DNA of 61,340 nt, filler included, from Bipalium vagum (Eukaryota): NCBI GenBank assembly GCA_037834085.1. It is 3 parts of 3 records of this genome, joined end to end, with 100 filler letters (N's around TTAATTAATTAA, not from the genome) between each part and the next. Parts side by side here need not be neighbours in the genome. Positions count along the whole stretch, not along the records: positions 1 to 17,356 come from JBBMKC010069756.1; positions 17,457 to 41,410 come from JBBMKC010204268.1; 1 more part is not named here. One strand, 5' to 3'. The notes under the pieces were generated by a model that was not told where the DNA came from, made no database searches, and saw only the letters and a list, made by a program, of their open reading frames with translations. The translations under genes were made by a program, and so were the position numbers. Positions 13,228-28,200 of the stretch are shown here, piece by piece; within the stretch, counting starts at the first letter, position 1, and the number at the start of each line of letters is the position of its first letter.

Positions 13228-15699
13228 AACAATCAAATTTCCTCGATTATCTTTCTACACCCGATATGAACATCGGTAAATTAAAATTACAATTTATTTA
13301 AATTTGAAAATTACGAACACATAAAGTAGCAAAACAATATTAATTACATTTAATATAAATTTCAGAAAATGTGAAATGCTTGAAATAGATTTTTAAAGTA
13401 TTATTAAACGCTATATAATATTCTTATTTGAAATTAAATTAGGTAATTAAAAAATATTAATTAAATATTTGAAACACTAAGTTTTTTCCACGTTCTTGGT
13501 TGGTTATTTGTAACATTTAGTTTATCTAAGACTCAATTTCTTTTTGAAATTAAGTATTACCATAAAATAATCATATATTTTAAATTGGTTTTTAAAAAAT
13601 TATCTCATGGTCCTTATAACCTATGATAATTTATATTAAAAATTGAAATTAATATCGTAGCCATTTCTGAATTATTTAGCTTTCCCCTTTCCAAATGGAA
13701 TTATAACTTACGACATATCAGTATACACATTCCATTGTCAGTCTTCAAATTTTGGATTACATTTCGTATAACTGGCATATTTTTATTTAAAATCATTAAA
13801 CTTACCCAATTTTACATTTACCTATTCAAATTAAAATGTGACCAACTATATGAAATTTCAACAAAAAATATGTGACAGTGGATTTCCGGGTCACCCTCTT
13901 GATCCTTTTTGGTCCCCTAGGGATTCCCAAGTTCGATGGGCCTTATTGTAAAATCCTATTGCAAATGAGGTATATATATTCAAACGCGTTTACAAAAATT
14001 ATATTCTTCGTATAATCTACCTTGAATTTTCTTGAATAATCTTCCGTGAATCATATTCTCGTCGCAATTAAAACAATAAAAAATATCTTCGTGTTATTTT
14101 ATCTTGGGCTGCCAATCTCTACTTTTACACAGCTATTTCCCTTAATAGCCCATTTATTCTGACTTTAGTTCGACACTGAGTTAAAGTTACTTTTAATATA
14201 ATTGTTTAATTCCTAAGAAATATAAATGTAAAATGGTTAACAAAATCGATTGCGGGGCTTTTAGATAACTAAACATTATCTTTGTAATCAGAAGGATTTA
14301 CGGATGAACGTTCAAAGCACGAAAACTGAATTTTATTATCACAATACAAAATATAAACGATCAAATAAAAATTCAAATTAACTGAAATAAAGCAATTAGT
14401 TTTAAAATATTTATTTAAAATTATGATTTTTACAATTGAACTCTTTTATGGGATGATCAAGGAAAGAAATCTTTTGGCACAAACTTTGTTTAATGCGCGA
14501 AAGTCCTCAGGAATTAGCCAGATAGCGGCTGTGTAAATTGTAAAAATAAAAAGAAGAAAAATAAAACTTTATTTGATTCTCGAAAAAGCTTTGAGAACTT
14601 ATTTATAAGAGTTTGTTGATAATATTACCAAGTCAATCGGTAAAGGTTTTCTGATAGGTGATAATTTAATTTAAAAATAAATAAAACTGCTGTGACGATA
14701 ATCGTACAGAGTTTAGAGAACTTATACAGAGAATTGCTTACTGTATGTTAAAATTTCTATTTATAGTAATATTTTCTGTCTTTATTTTATATATAAATTC
14801 TTAATTTAATTGTTTTTTGGTAATTTTGTATTCATTATTTAATAATTAATAATAAATAATAATAATTCTATTAGTCTTTAACTTGATGATCCCATATTAC
14901 AAAAATAAAATAAATCACAAAAGGAATTGTCTAAAAATGTCACCAGTTAGGGATACTCTACAAAATAATAATATAATTTATTGTCCTGACAGCGGGACAT
15001 GATTTTTTTATTTATAATAATTTATTATTATATTTATCATTATCTCGACGTCGAGACTTTAATAAATTATTATTAATTTTTTTTTAAAGTACACTTCTAA
15101 TTATTATTATTATAAATATTATAACTCTTAATGTAGGATTCTTGCCTTTGGCAAACCCAACTATTTATAACATCATATAACAATAACTTTTAAACTAAAT
15201 TAGCTAACGTTTTAATGTGTTTATATTTGAACATCACTTCTGGAACATACTGCACAATAGTCCTCATATTATACATCCGAAAATAAAGATTTTCAATTTC
15301 TTATTTCAATTAGCATCAAAATTTGTTCCAATTGTGTGATTTTTTCTTTTATCATAATCTCTATCCTTTGGTTATTCAAGCTGGAATTATCCTATTGGAA
15401 ACTTTTCGCTGAAAAGCTTAATAACAATTTCATCAATATCTCAATCTAAATTAGTCAAATAATAATCATTATTTTTTCAAAAAAAATTGTGCCGATAAAC
15501 CAAAAGTGGGTGTAAATATTCTTCTAAATGATGCAAATTTCTGAATATCTTTTTTCTATCTCAATTTAAATTAATTATCTTATATACTATTTAATACTTA
15601 CATTTTAGTAAAATTAATATTGGTATTAATATTATTATCTATATTATAATTAATCAGCATTTTGGAAAGAAAATTAAAGAAAATCATAAAAGTTTAGTT

Positions 15700-16449
15700 A
15701 AAAATCTTAAAATGTTACTGGAAAAGGTATATAACTAATATTGAAAAAAAAATAAAAATAACTTGACGAGGACTATACAAACTGATCGTTATAATTTTTC
15801 AAACCGAACATAAAGTAGTATTATACAAGTACATTAAGTATTAAGTTGTTAAATTTTTTCAAATTGTGCTTGCATGATAGAAGTAGTTTTGAAAGCTGCA
15901 AATATCATGTTTCCCATGCAATATTTGTTATGTACTGTAAATAAAATGACAAAGGTAAAGAATGTAAATTTTGTTGAGAAAATCATAATTTTTCAAACAC
16001 TTAATATTTATTACGAACATGTTATTTGTTACACACGGAACTTCTTTTTAACAAAACTGTACATGGACGACTTCTGTATGATTTAAACAAATTTGTGAGT
16101 TGATGGGTAGACGAAAAATGGTTTGTGAGAGGAATCTTGACCTTCTGAATGTTGCTGGACCAATTTTTTATGGAATATCATAAAGAATTACGAGAAATCA
16201 TTGAATCTTTGCATTGCTTTCTTTAAATGACAAAAAAACAAAAAAGGAATGGGTGCAACATTTTTCGTAATCTATGCCAGAAAATTTTGTTCTTGATGCG
16301 CAAACGATTAGAATTGGTTAAAAAATCGAATGATATTCTAATAAATATTAAGACTTTTGTATTTAATAAATTTCGTTCTTTAAAATATTCTTTTCAATTA
16401 AAAGTTGTATTTTTTATAGAGAGTGAACAGAATTTTTACGCGCACTGTA
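15700..16449 (+). mobile_element. Highly decayed Tc1-like remnant with right TIR
   Basis: C-terminal LCQKILFLMRKRLELVKKSN. Right end AGTGAACAGAATTTTTACGCGCACTG|TA closely resembles the end at 6186-6213. Left boundary is approximate. Confidence 0.6.
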
Positions 16450-16459
16450 TAACATTCAG

Positions 16460-16930
16460 TAGATAATGAAAGCACACTTCAAAAAATCTTAAGATATAGA
16501 TCATAATTTGTATCAATATCACGGAATGCTTCAGAAATGAATTGTTTGAAATCACCAAGAGATAAGAGTTTCTTCAAGAACACTAAATACCTAACAATTC
16601 CCAAACTCTTGAAGTCCATCGAAGTCAAATCTGGAGGAGAAGGAGGAAATTTTCAATCTATCTTTATTTAAAAATCTAATCCAGATAATTTCTAAAAGCT
16701 AGTGTAAAGTGCGGGGGAGCACCATCCTGTTGAAAATAAAATGTTTAAAATTCATCACGTAATCATAACTGCAGTAGAATAGTATTTGTCAAAGATTTCA
16801 GGTAAATAGCATTGGTTTCTGCTCCTTCAAAAAATAGGTCCCGTAATTCCAGATGATGCAATATCAGACCCAATAATGAGACCTTGTTTAATTAACTCTG
16901 ATTCAACTTTCATTTGCATTAAACGATTTC
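16460..16930 (-). mobile_element. Tc1/mariner (rosa/DD41D-like) transposase fragment
   Basis: Minus strand FYFQQDGAPPHF followed by degenerate PPSPPDLTSMDF, with stops and frameshifts. Confidence 0.7.
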
Positions 16931-17076
16931 TCGTCATGAATTATAATTTTATTTTCAAACCTAATTTTTTCTTAGCAATAAGAAAATCTCTTTATTTCAC
17001 TAATTCAGCTCGATAAAGAACATTTATTTACTTGTAATATTTGAATCTCAAGTGATTCCCTAAACATTATTTTATA

Positions 17077-17160
17077 CAGTAGAACCCGGATGTAAGGGAA
17101 TGCAAGGGTATTTAAAAAATTTCTCTTACACCCGGGTTTCTCATATATCCGGGTTCATGA
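17077..17160 (+). mobile_element. pogo/Tigger-like terminal fragment
   Basis: TA|CAGTAGAACCCGG start with internal palindromic echoes (TTACACCCGGGTTTC, TATCCGGGTTC). Confidence 0.45.
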
Positions 17161-17174
17161 AGTTATATAATAAT

Positions 17175-17356
17175 TAGGGCTCGGAATTTTGCCGGTATTT
17201 TTTTCCAAAAATGCCGGGATTCCCGGCTATTTTGCCGGTAAATTTTGCCGGCAAAATTTTATTGGTTATTTAAACGCAAACTGCGTGTTTACTAATGTTT
17301 ACGTATTGTCTTAAAGACTTCCAGACATAAAAACAAAAGTAAAGAAGTATATTGAA
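17175..17356 (+). mobile_element. hAT-like terminal region with subterminal GCCGG repeats, running into gap
   Basis: TAGGGCTCGG start followed by repeated TTTTGCCGG/CCGGC motifs. The other end is not seen. Confidence 0.4.
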
Positions 17357-17456
17357 NNNNNNNNNNNNNNNNNNNNNNNNNNNNNNNNNNNNNNNNNNNN
17401 TTAATTAATTAANNNNNNNNNNNNNNNNNNNNNNNNNNNNNNNNNNNNNNNNNNNN
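17357..17456. other. Scaffold join: 44N + TTAATTAATTAA + 44N (artificial linker)
   Basis: Exactly 100 nt with a palindromic all-frame stop linker; identical structure at 41411-41510. Confidence 0.95.
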
Positions 17457-17458
17457 AG

Positions 17459-17493
<35 letters not shown>

Positions 17494-19245
17494 AAATATA
17501 TATTCAATGAAAATTAAGAAAAATAATCTGATTATTTATGAAAATAATAAAGTTTTATTTTGAAGTAAAAGAAATTAATTAGGTATATTTTCACAGAAAT
17601 GTAATAATAAACTGAGCTATTAAATAATATATGCGATATTTACCGAAATGTAAAATATAAAATAATAATATTGATACAAACGGATATAGGTTTATTTTCG
17701 ATATAAATATATTGAAAGTAAAAAAAACCAAAGAAATTAAAATTAATAATTTAAGTTCGAATCCTCATTCAGTTCTGCTATGGCAGTCTGATGATTCAAG
17801 ATGGATATATAACGATATTTGTTAAATGTCACACTTTTCCAACAGAGATTTATCGATTTCTCTATTTCTAAGTTTGATATTTACAAATTCTTCCTATCAT
17901 ATCTGTGTCTTAAAATTATCATAGAGACTAATATCACAATTTATTAATAATAAAGTCTCATAGTTTTATTGAAATGATTTAAAGAAAACCATTCAACAAA
18001 TTGCTAAGTTTAATGAAGTTTTAAGTTTAAGTCGCTAATCTTTTGCGACAAAATAAATTAATTTTATTCAAGGATTTAATCAATATATTACGTCCGATGT
18101 TATTTTATTTAAAGGAAAGTAATAATGAAAAAGAATTAAATTAAAGATAAGCTTCTACAAGTTCACAAATGACTTAGGCAAATGTTTCAAGTTACGTTGA
18201 CAATAGTGTAAATAAAAATAACATATAAAGTTTTAATAATATATTTAATTTCAAAGAGGAAACATAGATTGGTAACTATATATCCAAGATATCAAACATC
18301 TCCGCCGTATACTGGTGAATTTAATAATAAGAGGACAAAAATAAAAACAAAGCATATGATGTCATAGGAGACATCCTTTAAACTAAGAGATTTTTGAGGA
18401 AATCCGTATTTTAAGAGAACAGACTTAAAAATCTATGCTAGTTGCTAGAAAATATTGAATAGGTGAAAAGCTTCCACAATATCTTTTAATTGAACCCAAA
18501 AGATAATTACAAATATTTTATTATTTACTAAGACTAGGAAGATTTAACTTTACTTAGAAATCGAGTTTTTTAGAATTACCCAATCCAGTTTAAAACACTG
18601 TTGACCTATATCTTTCTGTAATTCAAATGAATTCCGTTTTCTTTTCTACCAAAACCATCTAACATTCGCACCATTTCTTAATCTCACAGCGAATTGTAAA
18701 GAGAAAATATTAATTTGTTCTCAATTGTCAAATTTATGATTTCTTAATATCGCTGCATCTCAACGGAGTATGGACTATGTTTAAATCTTTTAATGTGTCG
18801 ATTTTTTTACTTCGATTGATGTCAAAGGTCTATTGAAAGATCAAGTCGTTATTTTTTTATTTTTCAAAATTAAAAGAGAACAATTGGAATCCGTATAGTT
18901 TACACAAAAGTCTTAATTCATAATCTCCGATTAATCTGAAATGATCGAATTATTCTAAAAAATCTGAATACCGAAACAAAAATTTTCAATAAGAATTCCC
19001 AATTAAAATTAAAATGTCACTTAGGCTGAACGATTTTTCTCTATTACAGAGATATTTTAATGCTTTTTTAATAATCAATCATTTTCATTTAGAATAACTA
19101 AAAAAATTAATAAAAACTCAAAAATGGTCCACTACAAACAATTTTACAATCGAAACAACTAACGGATAAAATATTCGATATTTCCATGCCTGGTTTTCAC
19201 TGTATTATAGAAACATATATACAATTAAAAGATTAATTTATTTAC

Positions 19246-22200
19246 CATGATTGAGGGAGTTTGTTGAGGTCCTGCTGGTACAGATACTCCAGGAATTATT
19301 CCTCCTGCATTGTTATTGGTAACCGAAATGCCTTGAGTGCTGCCATTGTTGGTAGAATTAATAGGCATTTGTTGATTTTGATATGATTGATATATTACAT
19401 CATGTGAACCAGGAAATTGATGTTGAGCTTGCCCCATCTGGTTTTGCTGAATGTGACCAAGCATGAAATTACTATTTTGTTGATTATTCATTGATTGGGG
19501 AATTGTTTTTTGATTCTGAGGAATATGTGAGTTGTTGTTGTTATTATTGTTATTATTATTATGTTGTTGTTGAGGATAGATGTTGGATGGGTGGCGATAT
19601 GCGGGAAATTGTGAATTGTAAGGGGTCATATTCTGCTGCTGAGATGTATGATGTGCAGCTAATTGATTATCTTGAATTTGCTGAGATTGTACGGAATGCA
19701 TTTGATTAGTGTTACTTGATTTTGATATATTAACATTATTCGAGGAAGAAGAATAAGGGGTTGATTGCAATTGAAGACTGTTAAATGGAGGAGTATCACC
19801 TCCTCCTGACATTTGACTGGATAGGCGAGCCAAACTAGCAAGACTAGCTGAAGTCAGATTTTGGGATGGAGAACTTATTGATGAAGAACAATAAGGTCCG
19901 TTCTGACTTGTTTGATTACCAGAAAATGAGCTACTGGCGGAGGCTGATGATACATGATTGGAAGAACTTATGGATCCAATGGATTTTAGATCATTCATGG
20001 GAGAAAATGATTTAATTGGCGACATCAATTCATTTTTGATTTGTACAGAATTAGACAAAACCTGGTTGTCAGGTATTGATAACCGATGAGGCATATTTCC
20101 ATTTATCACATCCTGATAATAAATATTTCAAATCAACATTTTTTTAGACAAATTGAAAGTTTACTCATAAAACGTTAATAATCCGAGAAGCGTATCCTTT
20201 GTTATAATAGATACATTTTAATAGATTATATGATATATTGAAGAAAATTGGTAAGAAACCAAAAATTAAATTAGAATTAAACCAAAATTAAATTAGAAAT
20301 TTATAAAATAAACGATCTACATGAAGTTAGAGAAAGGAAAATGTTTGAACTTAATAATACCAATTTTCTTTTCAATTCAAAAGAGTAAAACTTAAATAAG
20401 CATAAAATTAACATAAAAAAATTAATTTTCGCAAGGAATTGTTAAAGTGTGAAACAAACTGATATACGTAACCTCTTTATAAACCAAATTTTAGGCTATT
20501 ATTATTATAATAATTAATATATCTTGGTATGTTAAAAAAAGATTGAAGATAGTGATAAAATATATGATTATATATTTTATTAAATAAAGATAAAAGAGGA
20601 CAAAAAATTTAATTAAAAAATATCTTTAATATTTGTACTATAAATATTTGCAAATTCCTTAAGTCCTTTTCATTGGATTTTATTTTAGAAAATTTCCAAA
20701 AGCTTCTTCAGTTAGTACAAAATATAATAATGATAAAATTATTCCATCACCTAAATAATTAAGTCTAGAATACCAGTTAAATTTTTCCACCAGTTCAGAA
20801 AAATTAAAATGCTGTCCTAACTTAAAAAAACTGTTCAAAAAGAGAAATGTCACCCTTTACTAAAAACATATCCAATCAAGTTTGTTTTTTGTCACTGATC
20901 GAACAAATATATTTCAAAAAATCTAGCTTAAGGTTTTTATAAGGAAAAAACCTTAGTTTCATTTATTGAAAAATACGTATTTGGAAAGATGATTTAAATA
21001 TAAATTTCATCTTACAGTAATAATCCATCATAAATAATTACACTTCACAAACTCTTAAGCCTAATTTAATTGAACAGAATATGGAATATTTATTAAGTGT
21101 GCAATATAGAAGATAACATTAATAAACATTATTTTCAAAGTAAACAGAAAAAAAGTTCAGAGGTCTTAATATGTTCATAAAAATCCAAAGATAGAATAAA
21201 ACATTGTGAAATGAACAAAAAGTCTGAAATATGATATAGAAAATAATTTTTAAATACTTAATTAATTCACTGTACTAATACAAATATCTCTCAGGAATGA
21301 AAAAACTTCGAAATCTCAACAATAAAATGAGCTGTTAATTATCTTAAGTAAAAAAAGAAAAAATGTTTCTTACAGTTAAAATGACAATTAACCTCAAAAG
21401 AACTTTTTAAAATATCAAGATGAATCTTAAAAACGGATTTTTTTGGACGAAACTTTTTAGTGAAAAAAATCCCTTCTTAAGGACTCAATTCCTTAAATAC
21501 ACATTGAGCCAAACCAATCAGGATTCCTGTTAACCGACATATCCTGTTTGTGGATATATCTAATTTATCATTTTTGAAATGTTCCAGAAAATCTACAAAG
21601 TATTTCAAAAAGGTAATAAAATATTAGAAAACAGTTAAGTCCCTGTTTACGGTTTTCTAAGGTAGCAAGAAATCAAAAAGCCATTCACATACATTATGGA
21701 AACTTATCGAAGATTTCAGATTTTTTATTAAACTAAACATTTTACACCAATTACAAATTATACTTCATAAATTGTAAGTAATCAGCTCATAATTTTTAAA
21801 TAATGAAATTTCATTAAAATTTTTGATCAAAAAATAACCTAATTAAAATTGAGCTTTTAATATTTATTTTTTAAATTAATAATAGACATAAATAAGAAAA
21901 TGTAAAGATGAAACACAACTGATTAGAATTAAAAGTGAATTATATAAATTTAATTGGTGTTTTATAATAAAGGGTGTTTCACTAAGAGCTACTGAGTGTT
22001 ATTGTTAAAGAGAACATTTAAGGTTTATTTTAATATAAAGAAACAAATTAAAATTACATATAAAAAATAAGAATACATAATATCGGTCAAATGACTGTCG
22101 AAATTTTGTCATAAGACCTTATTCTTTCCTTAAAAATCTTGATCGTTTTCAAACATAAATCTGGTGCAATTTCGCTAATCACTTCTTGAATATTATCTTT

Positions 22201-25200
22201 CAACTGTTTAATGCCTTGTGGATTGCTTGTGTAAACGTCGCTTTTAACATAGCCCCAAAGAGAATAATCAAATCGCAAAATCTTGGCGACCATTTGATAT
22301 CACCTTATTTGGAGATAATTCGGCCCTCAAACTTTTTTTGCAATAAAGATATTGCTGTTTTGGTTGTGTCGCATGTTGTACTGTCTTGCTGGAACCATAA
22401 GTTATCTAAATGAGACCATAAGAAAATCTGTTAGCATTTTGCGATATTGTTCCCCATTCACCGTATCTGAATTCCCTTCTCGAATTCCAATCAAACTTTC
22501 AAATGAAAGACCACACAAAAGACCAACAAGTTATGGATGCAAGATTTGTTGTTTAATTTCTCTAGGATCGTCAGAAGACGAAATACGATAATTTTGTTTG
22601 TTTCCTCGCTGATAATGATTTTCTTTCATACATTTTGATCAGCCGCTTTGTTTTTGAGGACCCAATCGACAAACGTACGACGTTCACCATGGTGTAAAGG
22701 TTTTAAAAACTGAGTGAAATGAATTTTTTAAGGTTTCAGTTCCAAATCTTTCTTTAAAATTCGCCATACTTATGTGAACGGCGTCGAATTTACAACTTTG
22801 AGAATTCCTTTAAATTTCCTTTAATCATCGCAACATTATCATCTGAACGGATCAAGTGTTTTCAAATTTTTGAATAATTTACGGATTGTTTTTTCTGTGG
22901 ACAATAATGCAGACTAAAAATATCCTTAAGTTTTCAGATTTTCATTCATATTGACCAGGAACTCATATTTTAAAACGATTAAGTATTTTGAAGAAAAAAT
23001 AAAATCTCGTGAAAAGTTTTGACAGGCATTTGAATGATATTATCTTTCGTTATTGTATTGAGTTGCTTTTTATATTAAAATAAAGCTTTTGATTTTTTTT
23101 AAATTTAAACTTTTTCCTCAACAATAACATTCAGTAGCTCTTATTTAAATAAACTATATAATAAAATAAACTTAAATAAATAACCAAGTATACTTAACTA
23201 GTAAGTTAATATATCTGAGAAAATCAATAAATATTTTGTAAATAACTTTTAAAAGATAAATAATATTAATGGTTCTTTTACTTCAATAAAATTACCATTG
23301 CACAATGAGATTATCTGTTGATCAAATATTGTTAAAATAATAAACTTTTCCGTGTCCGCTGAATGATTCGTACTCAGTCTCGTTACGCAAAAGTAATAAT
23401 TAATGATTTCCCTATTTAGTAAGTACATATGCAATGAAAATCAATTAACGGTTTTAATCTCATAATTTAATTTATATTTGATATAATTACTAAAAATTAA
23501 AGATAATTCGATTTTAAGCATGATCAATCTACAACCGTTGCCGACCCCCCCCCCAAAAAAGAACAGTCTCGCCTATTATTATAGTTAAAGATATGAAAAT
23601 GAAAATTTAATACTTGAAATTAAAGATGAATGATACCCGACCATTTTTAGCATTTCTTTTCCTCCCAATTTATCTATATCGCAATAATACAAATAATGAA
23701 TTTCGTATATATGTTAATGGGTACTTAATTTACATTTATACTATTTATATCTTTAATTTTCCAAATTATTTTTTAGTAATTTCTTTTTTAGATTAAGTAA
23801 TTACTGTGTTGGATTACTTGAGTGACAGTTTTCATCTCATCAATTAAAATAATAAATGCTAATTAAAAAATCCCATGTGATATTTTATAACCGTGTATTA
23901 TAAATAAATTAAGCGGATATTTCCAATAAAAAAGACCCATTTGAATTTTTTATAAAATAACTCAATTTTAAAAGGTTTTTTTTATTTTCTGCCAAATTTA
24001 TATTTAAAACAATTTTAGTATAATTTATAGAAAGAAACTGTTCACATATGCTTTAAAAAATCAAAATAAGGAAATTTTCATTTTAAAATAATTTTTAATC
24101 AATAAAGCAACTGAAATAATTTTGATTTTAATAAATAAAAAATCCTAATGAAATCAATTATAAAAGTTCATATTTAAATTAATTTCTCTTTAGAATTAGA
24201 AAAAATTTTTAATTAAAAAAACTTAAGGATCTGAATTAATTGTCATCACTAATTTCTTAAAAATAGACAATATTGAAATGTGTATTGTGGATAACTGAAA
24301 AAATTATTCAAATTTTTTATTTGGCAATTGAAATAGAATAATTTAAAATTTCATTCGAGAATTTTTAAATATTTAATTATCTGATTTAGAGAAGTTAAAA
24401 AATTCAATTATTTAAACAAATATATTTATTTTGAAATTAAAGATTCGCGTTCATTGTAATCCCTTGTCAGTAACACTAAAAATGACAAAAAACATTTTTA
24501 ACTATTTGTTTTCCAAATAAAATTCTCAATGCATTTAATCATTTCCATTTTATACAAAAAATGATATTGAGTGAATTTATTCAATTTTTTATTTCTAAAT
24601 TGGAAAAAATAATTATAAAAATAGCTTTTATTCATAATTTAAATTTTTTACTTAAAACACTGTGGGATAAAATTTTATTCAATATTTTTTTTACCTCAAT
24701 TTAATACTTAACTTTTCTTTTTTTTTATATTTGATATAGTTTCCCTAATAAAAATCAATTATCTAGACTCAAAAGAATTTTTCAATTAATACGATAATTT
24801 TTGTGTTATTAAAAACCATTTCATTCATTACCTGCGAAACCATAAAATATTAATTTTATAAAAATTATTAAACACTCATCAACAATTCAAAAAAATATTT
24901 ATAAACATATTGTCTGTCGTGAGACAATAGAAATACCACTTGTTTAAAAAAGATGCAAATGATTTTTTTTCTAATATTTAAGAATGATAGATAACGTTTT
25001 TTAGATTAAAATTTGACACTTACACTTCAATTTATATTTTTATCAATAAAAAATAATGAAAATGAATAAGAAAAATTATAGAAATTTAACTTTTATGATA
25101 CAAAGTAATGAAAACGGAGAGAGAAGTAATATTTTTGTAGATCCAATAATTTTCTTTTAATTTAGTACTTAAAGTCATTTATTTAATTATTAATTGGCAA

Positions 25201-28200
25201 AATAAATTGAAATAGTTTTGGCAAAAGTTTTGGAATTAAAATCCATCTTAAATTAGACTATTTGAAAAGATTAAATAATAAATATTTTTAACAATGTTTA
25301 AAATTACTGTAGACCAAAGAAGAAAATATATATTTCTATTTTTCAATCATTTTCACAAATTTTAATTTTTTCATTATTTGAGTAACGTTGCATACTGCTT
25401 AGAGGTGTTGATAGTTGAAAAATTGTTTCTTAGAAAATATATAATCCATGAAACATTTTTCTAAAAAAAACCAACTAATCCACATACTGCAAAAATGGAC
25501 ATTAATACATCTTAATATTAAAATCTTAGAATTAAAAAAAAATTAATAAATAAATATTGTTATTATATTTTTGTGGAGGTAATTATATCCATTATCGAAC
25601 ACTGACATTAGGAAAAATTAAAGTAAATTTATTTTAAAGAAAACTCAAGTGACATGAAGAAGATTTGATTGTGACATATTAATTAATAACTTCAATAAAC
25701 TGGAATCAAATTTTGTCACATTAAAATATCGATTAAAATGTTAGGTGCAAAAATTAAAAGTGAAGTACTTGAAAATTCGACAAATTTTTATTCATCATAA
25801 GCGCTTCATCGTGAGAACCAACTGTATTCATCATTGGCGACATAAATCTCTGCTGTTGCTGTTGGTCAGTGATGGAAATAGCATTCATTTGAGATAAGTG
25901 GGGTTTTATATCATTGGAAATGAGAGGCAAGTTTGAATTGGATGTGCAAGCAACAGACGTCGTTACAGTATTTGTGGTCACAGATCCAGTAGATGATGAC
26001 TGGGTAGCGGTAGATTTGGCTGTTGATTTCCGTTTTTTCGATTTTGATTTCGAGGATGTCGATGTTGTTGTCGTTGTACTGGAGTTCGACGAAACATTTT
26101 GTCCTGTAGCCATAGGTCCGTTACTCGCAACAAGAGCTGCTGGAGGGGTTGAACCCCTGTGATGAGGATAAATACCAGAAAAATTTTGGTGCATTGGATG
26201 ATGATGTGAAGGCAAATGTGGATAATTTGGGTGTATCATACTCCAAGAAGGATCACAAATCTGTGGACAGCGAGCTTGTTGTTGATGTTGCTGCTGTTGT
26301 TGCATCAATATAGCCCTTTGGTTTGGCATTGGTGATTCATGATGATGCGGATAATACATTGAATGAGAATGATATCCCGGAGGAGGTGGTGCTCCTATTA
26401 ACTGATATGGCTTTTTGACCCCTCCGCCCGACGGATAAAGAACCCCAGAAGATGGCTCCATAGGTACAGCATGAGGTGTGAATGATTGTCTGATGAGATT
26501 TTGACGATGTCCAGGCATCACGTTAGAAACAATGGGTAAATTACTCGGAACCATTCCAGGATTTCCAGGAACCGGGGGATTGGTATATGGAACTATTTCT
26601 CCAGCGGGAAATCGGTTGTTCATCATATCATGAGCTTGTTTTTCTCTCATATATTCCATTCGCAACAGTTCCCATTGTCTTTGAGCAGCTTCACTGCAAG
26701 GTGGATTTTCACCGCTAATCATGAATGCTTGTAGTTCAGCAGGTGACATTTGCGGGTTGGAATTAAGGTGATACTGGGCTAGAATCGGTTGTCTTTGATC
26801 CGCTACAAATGGATTACACTGTCCTGTGAAGTAAAAAAACAAATAATCAAATAATCGGTATGCATCTTTAATTAAGTTTTCAACGAAAAATTAAAATTAT
26901 TATTAACATTGTTAAACAAGATAGTTCTTTTGGGGTCACATTTTTTTCAAATATATGTGTCACTATATATAAAAAGGTCATGAAATGATTCAATGATTTA
27001 TTTTATGCAATTTTCTTATTTTAATTACATGATTTAACATGACGAATTACAGTAAAATATGACACTTGATATCTGTCAAATATTTAAAAATATTTTTCGT
27101 AAAATATCTATTTTCTTTGTTTTTCACTGACTCCATCTCGAAATTAATATTAAGGGTAAAATCAGTCTGTTCCAATAAAGCTTTTTGATAGAAGAGTGTA
27201 AAAATATCATTGTTCCAATTTGATAAAACAATTTCAGAAAAAAGTAATTTTACTAAAATATTTTAAAAATGATATTCATCATGATTATCTGATATTATAT
27301 CTTTTCAAAAGTAACGTCCCTTTTTTCTGCGAAAAATATAAACAGAACATACACACATAGGTATATTTATTAAAAAACAATTTGATGATAAGATTTCATG
27401 AAAACCTCATTCTTCTGAAATCATAAATTTGAATATTGTTGTCTTATTAAGGTTATTTTCATTTATTGATTATTATTAAATTATTTAGTTAACGATTATA
27501 TTTCTTGTGTTGACCAAAACTGAAGATGGTCTACATGACGAAAGTGGTTATGAATGCCATAACCAAACTCTTTCTGAATTGATTTCTTTATGCTTTTTGA
27601 TGTTGTCACAATGGAGAATAACTCCTTTTAAGATTATTAAAGTTGTATAATTTATTATTTTTTTCTACCTGAATACAATAGATATCTGATTTTATTGTTT
27701 CACCAATTTTCAGTATCTCGAAATGAAGTTGAATGATTAGATATCTAACTACCAAACCTTATTATATCACCCCAATATCTATCCATTTACAATTGACATA
27801 TCAATGTTCAAATTTTTCTTATTAATAAATCTTCTTGAAACTTTTGTGAATTACTTCGCTACCAGAACTCAGATTTCTAGGCATTTCATAAGTAACCTGA
27901 TATTGAATATCGTTTATCGTTTATATTTAGGAGCGTTTCCTAAATCCAAATTTCCAACCCTAAAATAAGCAAACTATCTTTAGGATTTCCTTATCTCGAG
28001 AATACTGAGATGAATTTACCCACTCGATTTTATTGCCACAAAATATTTTTAATGACGAGAATTTTCGAGAATTCCAGTCTTCTTCAACAGTCCCATGAAG
28101 ACTTGATTAGCAAAAATTATGGTGCTTTATGTTAGTTAACCAAATGAAAGTGTGGCACATTGCAAAGAAACAATTCATAATCCAGTCTTTGAAGTCTACC

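Noticed and set aside
17401-17412. Palindrome TTAATTAATTAA as a biological site (also 41455-41466)
   Set aside because: Centred in exactly 44+44 N twice; a scaffolding linker.
27515-27550. Hammerhead-like CTGAAGATGGTCTACATGACGAAAG
   Set aside because: Stem II is only 3 bp with no convincing stem III or cleavage triplet; nearby retroelement similarity is too weak to call.
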